From a virus, in IMG/VR virus record IMGVR_UViG_3300027967_000093: 64,000 nt of DNA. One strand, 5' to 3'. Below the pieces are notes generated by a model. It was not told where the DNA came from, made no database searches, and saw nothing but the letters and a program-made list of their open reading frames with translations. How positions within the stretch are numbered: the stretch's first letter is position 1; every line of letters starts with the position of its first letter. The position numbers and the translations under genes were made by a program. Below are positions 37,087-45,970 of the stretch, one piece after another.

Positions 37087-37761
37087 ATGTTTGAACATGT
37101 TCCGGTCGAATTGACCGAGATGGAAGCAGTGACCACCGATAGTGGCCGCAAATACAAAACCCCCGAAGGTGTCAACCTTCCCTCTATCACTACAGTCCTT
37201 TCGATTCTGTCACGTGACAGTATTGCCAAGTGGCGTAAACGTGTAGGTGAGGAAGAGGCGAATCGTGTCTCTTATCGTGCATCTACTCGTGGTACCTCGG
37301 TTCACGAAATCTGTGAGAAGTATGTTAACAATGACCCCAACTTCAAAGAGGGTTACACACCTGACATTATTGGTTCTTTCCTTGATTTGAAACCAATACT
37401 TGATGAACGTTTGACTAAGGTCTTCGCACAAGAAGCCCCACTATACTCCAATCATTTGGGTGTTGCGGGTCGTGTGGATTGCGTGGGTATCTTTGATGGT
37501 AAACCGTCAATCATCGATTACAAAACTTCGATGAAACCTAAACGTCTTGACTGGATTAAGAACTACTTCATGCAAGAAGCTGCGTATGCAATCATGTGGG
37601 AAGAACGTACTGGTCAACCTATCACTCAGTTGGTTACCATAATCTCGGTTGATAACAATGAACCTCAAGTGTTTATCGAACATCGAGACAACTGGGTACG
37701 ACCCCTAATCGAAACTATTGCACAATATAATGAGGAAAATTCTACTTCCCTTTTTGTATAA
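37087..37761 (+). CDS. PD-(D/E)xK exonuclease (RecB/Cas4-like)
   Basis: YKTPEG..LPSITTVL, RGTSVH, AGRVDC, IIDYKTS, QEAAYA. Confidence 0.85.
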   Translation: MFEHVPVELTEMEAVTTDSGRKYKTPEGVNLPSITTVLSILSRDSIAKWRKRVGEEEANRVSYRASTRGTSVHEICEKYVNNDPNFKEGYTPDIIGSFLDLKPILDERLTKVFAQEAPLYSNHLGVAGRVDCVGIFDGKPSIIDYKTSMKPKRLDWIKNYFMQEAAYAIMWEERTGQPITQLVTIISVDNNEPQVFIEHRDNWVRPLIETIAQYNEENSTSLFV

Positions 37762-37764
37762 ATA
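37757..37764 (+). promoter_or_regulatory. T4-type late promoter
   Basis: TATAAATA preceding the internal-protein block. Confidence 0.75.
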
Positions 37765-37803
37765 GTGGTATAATTCAGTTATAATCACTTTTAGGAAATA
37801 GGA

Positions 37804-39105
37804 ATGATAGGGTTCAAAACTTTTTTATCGGAGGCATCTTTGACCTTCGGAGAAATCACTCGTGAGGATAGACCTGACCGAATAGAATTATTTCTCCGAA
37901 AGTATAAAGGTAATGAACCCTTTGAGTTGGTCGGTGGTGACCAAGTAGTCTTTAAGTACAATGCAGAGATTGAGAAAGCTGTTAAATCAGGAAACTCTAA
38001 ACTCGCACAGTCAATTGGACTCGAAACCCTAGATGGAACTAAACTCGCATTCGGTAAGTTATCTAAGACTGCCGAGTTCGGGGGTGGTCGTGGTTCGGGT
38101 GGTGGTGCAGCCAACACTCGTGCAACTGAATCTGCACAATGTGTTTATCTACAAGCAATCTGGGATAACCGGACAACTAAATTCTCTGCGGATGATATAC
38201 GTAACGCATATCCCAAAACGCATACAGATGCGTCTCTAGATGAAGTTCTTCTGGCTGATGAAGGATGGATCTCCTCTTCCATTACTGCCGCAAAAATTCT
38301 ACATAAAGCTCTAGGTAAAAAACAATACAGTTTCCATCGTGGATCTGGTTGGGTTGAGATATTAGAGAAGAAGTTTAAAGAGTTGAATCGCATCGAGAAA
38401 GCATTCGGTAATGTCAACAAATGGTCTCCTGCGGACATCTACATGGTCGCAAAGGGTGCAGAGAACATGTATGATATAGAGGGTGCAAAGTCTCTGGAAT
38501 ACCTGAACAACGAATTGATGAAGGCATACACTGCACGTGATATCATTGGTGTGTCGTTGAAGAAGGTAATAGGTAACAAGGTCAGACTGTCTCAAGTTAA
38601 CTATAAGAAACCATTCAAAGGTGCGAAGTTCACCAAGTCATCTTATGGTAAGAAAGATTTCTTCAAGTCCAAAGATGGTTACCTGTTTGGTGCCGGTGGT
38701 ATTGAGATGCAGTTCCGAACCTTCCCTACCTTCCAGTGCGAGATTATCGGTAAAGCTGCTAAACATGGTAAGGTATCTCATGGTGGTATTGATGCGGCTC
38801 TATATGCAACAACTCGTGATAAGACCGAGAATCGTAAGGATCTTGAGTCGTCCATCAAGAAAGATAGGGATGCGTTCCTAGACAAATTCTATGGATTCTA
38901 TGATGGTGCAGTAGATAGTCCGGTAGACAAGGAAACTTTTAAAAAGAATCTGGAAGGTAAGACAACAGAATGGTTAGTCTCTAAGTACTATGTGACTTCT
39001 ATTTTCATAATGATACAAGGTCGCGAACAACAATTCATGGATTATTTATTCCGTGTAGCAAAGTCACAATCACCGCTATCTGCGGTACACTTAAAGGTAA
39101 GTTAA
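37804..39105 (+). CDS. late protein with capsid-targeting-like N-terminus, restriction-endonuclease-like motifs
   Basis: MIGFKTFLSEA; ATES...KWSPADIY...IGVSLKK. Confidence 0.55.
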   Translation: MIGFKTFLSEASLTFGEITREDRPDRIELFLRKYKGNEPFELVGGDQVVFKYNAEIEKAVKSGNSKLAQSIGLETLDGTKLAFGKLSKTAEFGGGRGSGGGAANTRATESAQCVYLQAIWDNRTTKFSADDIRNAYPKTHTDASLDEVLLADEGWISSSITAAKILHKALGKKQYSFHRGSGWVEILEKKFKELNRIEKAFGNVNKWSPADIYMVAKGAENMYDIEGAKSLEYLNNELMKAYTARDIIGVSLKKVIGNKVRLSQVNYKKPFKGAKFTKSSYGKKDFFKSKDGYLFGAGGIEMQFRTFPTFQCEIIGKAAKHGKVSHGGIDAALYATTRDKTENRKDLESSIKKDRDAFLDKFYGFYDGAVDSPVDKETFKKNLEGKTTEWLVSKYYVTSIFIMIQGREQQFMDYLFRVAKSQSPLSAVHLKVS

Positions 39106-39106
39106 A

Positions 39107-40441
39107 ATGGCACAAATTAAAGGCGCGCAGGGAAAGTTTCATGAAACTACTGCACTAGTAAATAGACACGGCACGTTGGTAGATAGTGGCAATCCTTTAC
39201 CTATTGTTGGCACTACAGAAAACCCTTGGGGCAAACAAGTTCTTCTAGTCGATGACGATACTGTTCAACACACTTCTAAGAATAGACGTAAAGTTTCTAC
39301 ATATGAAGTGACAGACTTCAACACATTTACATACGGAAAAGACGTAGATATTTGGGACGAACTCGTTGTTGGTACAGGTTCTTCTACCCATGATCCGTAT
39401 CTCGGTATGGTTGAATTAGAGGTTGGTTCGGATTCTGGAGATTCGATCATTCGACAAACCGCACGTATCCAGAGATATTTACCAGGCCGTGCTAATGAAG
39501 TTTCTATGTCTGTAATTTTTGGATCTCAGACATCGGGTATTCGTAAAAGATTCGGTGTATTCGATGATGACAAAGGTGCATACTTTGAAGATGATGGTGA
39601 TGACCTTTATTGTGTATTGAGAAGAGATACTGCCGGTGGAGAAGACGAAGAACGTTATTCTCGTGCAAATTGGTCTGTTGATAAGTTGGATGGTACTGGG
39701 CCGAGTGGTATCACATTAGATCTTTCTAAAATTCAATTAATGGTAATTGAGTACGAGTGGTATGGTGCAGGACAGGTTGAGTGGAAGTTTGTTATTGACA
39801 ACAATGCAATTTCTATTCATAAGATAGATCACGCTAATACTCATGACCACACTTGGGCATCACGTGGTGCACTTCCAGTTCGCATAGAATTGACAAATGT
39901 TGATGGTATTGCGGGAACTCACTCCGTGTATCAGGGTTCTCATTCATTCCTTACTGAAGGAACAACTACTCTTCTCGGAAGACAAAAAAGTATTTCTTCG
40001 GCAATTACAGGAAAATCCCTCACATCTGCTAATACTTTTTATCCTATTGTTGCGATACGACTCAAGGCAGACGCACTAAACTCTGTCGTACTACCCGATG
40101 AATATTCTGGTGCTACATTAGATAACTCAAGTATGTTTATCAGAGCAATCGAAGATGCTACTGTTACTGGCGGCACTTGGGTTTCATACGACTCTGATTC
40201 TCCTATTGAATATAATATCACCGCTACTGGTTATACCAACGGTAATATTTTAGGAACAACATATGTTTCTAGTGGTAACATGGGACAGAAAGTTGAATTT
40301 CCTGAAAGGTCGATTACTCAACTTGCCAGAAAGACCACAACAACACTAGGTGATACTACAACCACGTTCCTGATTGCTGTTGCTTCAACGGGTTCAAACA
40401 AGACGGGTTGGGCAGATCTGGGTTGGATTGAGGTAAGATAA
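39107..40441 (+). CDS. beta-rich virion/lectin-like protein
   Basis: Gly/Thr/Ser-rich; RYLPG, DKLDGTGPSG, EYEWYGAG. Confidence 0.55.
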   Translation: MAQIKGAQGKFHETTALVNRHGTLVDSGNPLPIVGTTENPWGKQVLLVDDDTVQHTSKNRRKVSTYEVTDFNTFTYGKDVDIWDELVVGTGSSTHDPYLGMVELEVGSDSGDSIIRQTARIQRYLPGRANEVSMSVIFGSQTSGIRKRFGVFDDDKGAYFEDDGDDLYCVLRRDTAGGEDEERYSRANWSVDKLDGTGPSGITLDLSKIQLMVIEYEWYGAGQVEWKFVIDNNAISIHKIDHANTHDHTWASRGALPVRIELTNVDGIAGTHSVYQGSHSFLTEGTTTLLGRQKSISSAITGKSLTSANTFYPIVAIRLKADALNSVVLPDEYSGATLDNSSMFIRAIEDATVTGGTWVSYDSDSPIEYNITATGYTNGNILGTTYVSSGNMGQKVEFPERSITQLARKTTTTLGDTTTTFLIAVASTGSNKTGWADLGWIEVR

Positions 40442-41661
40442 TGAAATTTAAAGAATTTATCACAGAACAAAAGAACACCCACATGACGCATATCGAAGAT
40501 AAAGTCATTTACGGGGGTGTGAATGGTACACGGCAAGCAATCCTTGCACTGCGAGAATTGCGTGATATGTTGTCCGGTAAACACAGCGGAAAAGTCTCGG
40601 TAAAATGGGATGGTGCGCCTGCAATCTTCTGTGGACAAGACCCACGGGACGGTGAGTTCTTTGTTGCGAAGAAAGGTATATTTAATAAGAACCCAAAGGT
40701 ATATAAAACTAATGCAGAAATTGAAGAAGACACTTCGGGAGACCTTGCGGACAAACTTAAAGACGCTCTTAAATATCTACCAAGTCTTGGTATTAAAGGT
40801 GTTATTCAGGGCGACTTTCTTTTTGGTCGAGGTGATGTACAGACTAAGACAATCGATGGACAAAAATATGTAACGTTCCATCCTAATACAATTGTGTATG
40901 CAGTACCGGAAGAACAGGCGCAATCAGTTAAGGCTGCAAAAATCGGTATAGTGTGGCACACTACATATACTGGTAGTTCTTTTGAGACGATGAAGGCATC
41001 CTATGGTGTTGATGTATCGAAACTTAAAAAGTCTACTACTGTATGGTCACAAGATGCAATGCTTCGTGATTTATCTAACGCAACAATGACAACTAAAGAA
41101 ACGGAGAAAGTGAATGAATATCTTTCGCAAGCTGGTAAACTTTTTAACCAAATTAGTGGGACGACCCTCAGAACCCTCGAAGGAAACCCCACCCTCGCCC
41201 AAACCATCGAAACCTACGGAAACACCAAAGTCCGCAAAGGCGAAGTCATCGGCAACTCGAAAACCCACGTCAAAGGTCTCATCAAATACATCAACGACAA
41301 GTACCAAAAAGAAATCGACAAGCGCAAAACCGAAAAGGGTAAGCAAGCCCAAGAAACCAAACGCGAAGAAATAATGTCGTTCTTTTCACCTGCAAATCGA
41401 GCATCTCTAGAAAAGATGTTCGAATTGCAAAAAATGATAGTTCTTGCAAAGTTAACTCTTATAAATAAACTTAACAGTTTAAAAGATATTGACACTTTTG
41501 TTAAAACCAAAACTGGTTATAAAGTAACTGGTGAAGAAGGTTATGTGGCAATAGATAAACTTGGTGGTGATGCGGTGAAACTTGTTGACCGTATGGAATT
41601 CTCATACAACAACTTTTCACCCGATATATTAAAAGGCTGGGACACACCTAGTCGTACTTAA
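40441..41661 (+). CDS. DUF6267-like protein with ligase-like motifs and capsid-targeting-like N-terminus
   Basis: MKFKEFITEQ; SVKWDGAP (KxDG), QGDFLF, EGYV, AVKLVDR. Confidence 0.6.
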   Translation: MKFKEFITEQKNTHMTHIEDKVIYGGVNGTRQAILALRELRDMLSGKHSGKVSVKWDGAPAIFCGQDPRDGEFFVAKKGIFNKNPKVYKTNAEIEEDTSGDLADKLKDALKYLPSLGIKGVIQGDFLFGRGDVQTKTIDGQKYVTFHPNTIVYAVPEEQAQSVKAAKIGIVWHTTYTGSSFETMKASYGVDVSKLKKSTTVWSQDAMLRDLSNATMTTKETEKVNEYLSQAGKLFNQISGTTLRTLEGNPTLAQTIETYGNTKVRKGEVIGNSKTHVKGLIKYINDKYQKEIDKRKTEKGKQAQETKREEIMSFFSPANRASLEKMFELQKMIVLAKLTLINKLNSLKDIDTFVKTKTGYKVTGEEGYVAIDKLGGDAVKLVDRMEFSYNNFSPDILKGWDTPSRT

Positions 41662-41685
41662 TGGGATAAACCAGAGGAAATAGAA

Positions 41686-42081
41686 GTGGCAAAGAAACCG
41701 CTTAGATTCAAAGAATTCGACTCCGTTGATACCAACGAAGAAGTCGCGCAAGAGGCATTGACCGTACAACAACGTATGGCGAAGTCTCGTCAGATGAAGA
41801 AACTTGCACCCAAAATCGCAATCGGCCGCAAACGCGCTGCCCGTAAGATGGCGAATATGGATACCATCAAAAAACGTGCACGTAAAGCCGCACGTAATAT
41901 TATCCTAAAGAAACTAACTAAAGATATCCCCAAAGACGAGTTGTCAATGTCTCGCAGACAGGACATTGAGAAAAGACTAGATAAGATGAAACCTAAGATT
42001 GACAAACTCGCACAGAAAATGTTACCGAAGGTTCGTAAGAAAGAACTTGAACGTAAAAAAGGGGGCCCAAGTGCCGATTAA
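41686..42081 (+). CDS. basic hypothetical protein, probable internal head protein
   Basis: GAGG SD, GTG start; LRFKEF...QEALT, K/R-rich. Confidence 0.65.
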   Translation: MAKKPLRFKEFDSVDTNEEVAQEALTVQQRMAKSRQMKKLAPKIAIGRKRAARKMANMDTIKKRARKAARNIILKKLTKDIPKDELSMSRRQDIEKRLDKMKPKIDKLAQKMLPKVRKKELERKKGGPSAD

Positions 42082-43891
42082 GAATTTTTCCCAATACCTC
42101 ATCGAAGAGGAAAGGGAGGTTTATTTTACCTTTGGTAGAATGAACCCACCTACTATTGGGCATGGGAAAGTGATGGATACTCTTGCAGCGAAGTCTGGTA
42201 AGAGTGATTATAAAGTATATCTGTCACACTCACAGAATCCCAAGAAAGACCCACTGTCCTATGTGGAGAAAGTGAAACACACTCGTAAAATGTTTCCAAA
42301 ACATGCACGTCAAGTAATGTTAGATAAGGATGTCAAGTCCGTATTTGATATTGCAGTAAAACTATATGACCAAGGTTATACTAAGATTAATATGGTTGTT
42401 GGTGCAGACCGTATACGTGAGTTCGATGTATTGTTGAATAAGTACAACGGTACAAAGGCACGTCATGGTTTCTACAATTTCAAAAAGATTAATGTCATAT
42501 CTGCGGGTGAACGTGACCCCGATGCAACTGGTGTCGAGGGTATGTCCGCGTCTAAACAACGTGCGAATGCAGAGAAAAATGATTTTGTTACCTTTGCACA
42601 GGGTGTACCAAAAGGTATGTCCAACAAAGATACACGTGCACTATTCAATGATGTACGTAAAGGTATGGGACTCAAGGAAGAAAGAGAATTTAAAAACCAC
42701 ATCGAACTAGAAACTGTTTCTGAAACAAGAGAACAGTACGTGTCAGGTGAACTGTACAATGTAGGTGATTTGGTAGTAATCAAAGAAAGTGACGAGGTTG
42801 GTACTGTATTAGTCCTTGGTGCTAACTATGTAATTGTAGAAACGGCCAACGGTAAGTTACGTAAATGGTTAGATGCTGTAGACCTACTAGAGAAACAAGA
42901 CTCAGATATCAAAGATCGTGAAGGTACACAACCTGCACGTTATCACTCTGGACTGAAGAAGTCCACCAAAGTTGCACGTGATGCACACTTCAAGAAACAC
43001 GGTAAGAAAGCAGACGATGATGCATCTGCATACAAACCTGCTCCTGGCGATGCAACTGCACAGACCAAACCTTCTAAGTACACCAAACAGTTCAAAGATA
43101 TGTACGAAGAAGTCTCTCAGAAACAACTCAATGACCTTGAGAAGTTTGGTGACAGACTCCTTGCAAAGTATGATATCGATATAGAATTCACACGTCACTT
43201 CGCTGACCGTATGAACGACTCTCGTAACAAACCTGAGATTAAGGTCACTGAACTACAGAAGTTGTTCAAAAAGATTGCAAAAGAAAAAGGTCGGAACATC
43301 AAAAAACATGGTGATTCAGAGGCAGTCCTGAAGGATATGCAGTCTGACCTTAACTTACCTGTAGTAATCAACTACAAGAACGGTGAGTTTGAAGTTATTA
43401 ACAAAACAATAATGCGCAAGAAAGACTTTAAGACTACTAGTCCTGAAGTTAAGTACGAGTCTGTCGAACAGATTGACGAGTTACTTGGAAGATATATCGA
43501 TAATCTCGAAGGCCCATTGGCGGGTCGTTTCTGGGATAAGATTATTAACGCAGATGTGTACAAGACAGTTATCGCAACCTTCAGAAAAGAACTTCAAAAA
43601 AGTTCTGCGGGTCAAAGAAACAAATTAGGATTTATGTCAGATATCGCACGTAGGTATGGCGCGAATGGTCGTAGTGCGGCAGAGATATTCCACAAGTTAA
43701 TCAAGAAAGGTGTTATTCCCGAGAAGGAAGCGTTCTATCCAAACTTCAGTATGAAGGAAGAACTTGATCCGGTTAAGACTGCACGTGATGCAATCGAACG
43801 TGAGAAAGAGTCTGATAAGAAGAAACACGATTCTATTCTAGACCGTGCAAGACTTGCACGTGCAAAACAAAAGAATAGGAAAACTAAATGA
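42071..43891 (+). CDS. cytidyltransferase-like (HIGH-family nucleotidyltransferase) multi-module protein
   Basis: IKNFSQYLIEE; FTFGRMNPPTIGH, VVGADR, SAGERDPDA..VEGMSASK; further C-terminal modules. Confidence 0.75.
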   Translation: MPIKNFSQYLIEEEREVYFTFGRMNPPTIGHGKVMDTLAAKSGKSDYKVYLSHSQNPKKDPLSYVEKVKHTRKMFPKHARQVMLDKDVKSVFDIAVKLYDQGYTKINMVVGADRIREFDVLLNKYNGTKARHGFYNFKKINVISAGERDPDATGVEGMSASKQRANAEKNDFVTFAQGVPKGMSNKDTRALFNDVRKGMGLKEEREFKNHIELETVSETREQYVSGELYNVGDLVVIKESDEVGTVLVLGANYVIVETANGKLRKWLDAVDLLEKQDSDIKDREGTQPARYHSGLKKSTKVARDAHFKKHGKKADDDASAYKPAPGDATAQTKPSKYTKQFKDMYEEVSQKQLNDLEKFGDRLLAKYDIDIEFTRHFADRMNDSRNKPEIKVTELQKLFKKIAKEKGRNIKKHGDSEAVLKDMQSDLNLPVVINYKNGEFEVINKTIMRKKDFKTTSPEVKYESVEQIDELLGRYIDNLEGPLAGRFWDKIINADVYKTVIATFRKELQKSSAGQRNKLGFMSDIARRYGANGRSAAEIFHKLIKKGVIPEKEAFYPNFSMKEELDPVKTARDAIEREKESDKKKHDSILDRARLARAKQKNRKTK

Positions 43892-44154
43892 TTAATTTCA
43901 AAAAATACCTTGCCGAAGCACGTTATTCAATGTATGATGTAATAGATGAAGAGGGTGAAGGACTTGCTGGTAAAGCGAAGAAGTCTGGTATCTCGGTAGA
44001 TACATTGAGAAAAGTTTATAACCGTGGTGTTGCGGCATGGAAGACGGGACACCGTCCAGGCACTACTCCACAGCAATGGGGATATGCGAGAGTAAACGCA
44101 TTCATCGTTAAAAAGAAAAAAGGCAATTTAAACCACGATAAGGATCTTGCATAA
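43888..44154 (+). CDS. small internal-protein-like hypothetical protein
   Basis: MINFKKYLAEA; LRKVYNRGVAAWKTGHRPG..PQQWGYARVN. Confidence 0.7.
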   Translation: MINFKKYLAEARYSMYDVIDEEGEGLAGKAKKSGISVDTLRKVYNRGVAAWKTGHRPGTTPQQWGYARVNAFIVKKKKGNLNHDKDLA

Positions 44155-45297
44155 ATGAAGTCGTTTCAAGAATTACGTGAGAAGTCAGTCTCACAAGCCC
44201 AACAAAAGATGATGGGTATGGCACTCGCATACAAACGTGGTGAGATGGACGATGTGTCACCCGAAGTCAAGAAGATGGCGGACTCTATGTCTACCAAAGA
44301 CCTCGAAGACTTCGCAAAGACCAAACACAAAGGCCTGCCTGATCGAAAAGAATCAGTCGAACTTGACGAAGCAGTTAAAACGAGAGTTTATAAAAGTGGA
44401 AAGTATTGGCTTGTTGATGTATCAAGTTCTAAGATTGACTACACTGATTGGGGCCCTACTGGCAGAGGTTTTGCTAATGAAAAGGATGCTCAAGAATTTG
44501 CCAAACACATGCAAAAATCTGTAAAAGAATCTGTTTCAGAAGGTGCGATGTCTGACTTCCATCTGATGGTTAAAGAGAAGGTACCTGCTGCGAAGATTGC
44601 TAAGGAACTTGGACTTGACCTCAAGACCGTGAAGAAACTGATGAAAGATATGAAGGAATCAGTAGACCTCGAAGAAGGTAAACTACCTCCGCATCTAGCG
44701 AAGTTCTTTGATAAGAAAGGTGAATTAAAACCTGAAGTTCTTGACCGTCTAAAGAAAAGTAAAAAGGGTCATGAATTTCTGATGGGTAAAGATGTTGCAC
44801 CTAAAGGTTATGGTGTAAAAGAAGAAGTTGAACTTGACGAAGCAATGCGCGGTGGTAATGCTAAAACTTTCAAAACATTAGAAGATTGGTTAATGGCGGT
44901 TCTTGATATTAAAGGCACAACTGTATCTAAAATGGGTAATACATTAAGAGTTAACGGTTTAGGTCGTACACAATCTGCTACGTTTGAATTGAAGAAAGGT
45001 CGTGGTTCTTTACTAGAAGCACGTAAAGACTCATCTGCCGATTTGTATTTCAAGACTTACTCTGCCGCAGTACAACACGCAAAATCACAAGCAGAGAAGA
45101 AAGGTTTCGAAGTTGTCGAAGACGATTGGTTCAATCAAGTAACTACGGGTAAGGGTAAACCAGGCCGTGGTAAGACTACACGTCATACACTGAAGTTGAC
45201 TAAGAACGGTAAACCTGTACGTCAAGGTCTGTCGATTCAAGTCTACAACCGTGACACTGATACGAACCCATACGAACTTAACTTCTACGTGAGTTAA
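44155..45297 (+). CDS. modular internal-protein-like polyprotein (DUF3008-like N module)
   Basis: MKSFQELRE; AQQKMMG...FAKTKHKGLP; repeated KESVELDEA-type linkers. Confidence 0.65.
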   Translation: MKSFQELREKSVSQAQQKMMGMALAYKRGEMDDVSPEVKKMADSMSTKDLEDFAKTKHKGLPDRKESVELDEAVKTRVYKSGKYWLVDVSSSKIDYTDWGPTGRGFANEKDAQEFAKHMQKSVKESVSEGAMSDFHLMVKEKVPAAKIAKELGLDLKTVKKLMKDMKESVDLEEGKLPPHLAKFFDKKGELKPEVLDRLKKSKKGHEFLMGKDVAPKGYGVKEEVELDEAMRGGNAKTFKTLEDWLMAVLDIKGTTVSKMGNTLRVNGLGRTQSATFELKKGRGSLLEARKDSSADLYFKTYSAAVQHAKSQAEKKGFEVVEDDWFNQVTTGKGKPGRGKTTRHTLKLTKNGKPVRQGLSIQVYNRDTDTNPYELNFYVS

Positions 45298-45298
45298 T

Positions 45299-45649
45299 AT
45301 GAAAACTTTTAATCACTACAATGAGATAGACGAACATTGCGAATGTAATGATTTGTACGAAGACTTAGAATTAACAGAGTCCGAGTATCAAGGAAAGAAA
45401 GTCACGTTGAACAATCCCATTCGTACATCCGAGAACCCCAACAAGAAGTTCAAGGTGTACGTTAAGAATGAATCTGGTAAGGTTGTTGTGGTTAGGTTTG
45501 GTGACCCTAATATGGATATTAAGAGAGACGACCCCAATAGACGTAAGTCATTCCGAGCAAGGCACAACTGTGCGAATCCCGGCCCCAAATGGAAAGCAAG
45601 ATACTGGTCTTGTTACCAATGGCGCGCAGGTTCTAAAGTCGATAACTAA
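45299..45649 (+). CDS. basic hypothetical protein
   Basis: KKFKVYVK...VRFGDPNM...RRKSFRARHNC...ARYWSC. Confidence 0.7.
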   Translation: MKTFNHYNEIDEHCECNDLYEDLELTESEYQGKKVTLNNPIRTSENPNKKFKVYVKNESGKVVVVRFGDPNMDIKRDDPNRRKSFRARHNCANPGPKWKARYWSCYQWRAGSKVDN

Positions 45650-45657
45650 TATAAATA
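45650..45657 (+). promoter_or_regulatory. T4-type late promoter
   Basis: TATAAATA, intergenic. Confidence 0.7.
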
Positions 45658-45670
45658 AATGGGGTAACTG

Positions 45671-45946
45671 ATGGCCAGCGATGACCACCGATTAGATAGA
45701 ATTGAAGAGAAGATAGATAAACTATCCGAAGCAATGGTATCTCTCGCAAGAACAGAGGAAAAGATATTATCTATGGAACAAAACCATAGAAATCATTATG
45801 AGAGAATGAATCGATTCTCTGAGAAACTCGATGCTATCGAGACTAAGGTTAATGAGAATGCACATACTGTGTCTATTATTAATCGTGTAACTGTAATAGG
45901 TGTTGCCGCAGTGATTGGCGCCATCATAAAAATGTTTTGGTTTTAA
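45671..45946 (+). CDS. coiled-coil protein with C-terminal TM
   Basis: RLDRIEEKIDKL...VIGVAAVIGAIIKMFWF. Confidence 0.7.
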   Translation: MASDDHRLDRIEEKIDKLSEAMVSLARTEEKILSMEQNHRNHYERMNRFSEKLDAIETKVNENAHTVSIINRVTVIGVAAVIGAIIKMFWF

Positions 45947-45970
45947 CAATAACAACGGAGACTAGACAAT

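Noticed and set aside
27499-37761. Repeated 29-mers plus a Cas4-like nuclease as a possible CRISPR or mini-array
   Set aside because: The repeats are hundreds to thousands of bp apart, have -35/-10 geometry and precede genes. The nuclease lacks the Cas4 Fe-S cysteine set, and there are no other cas genes.
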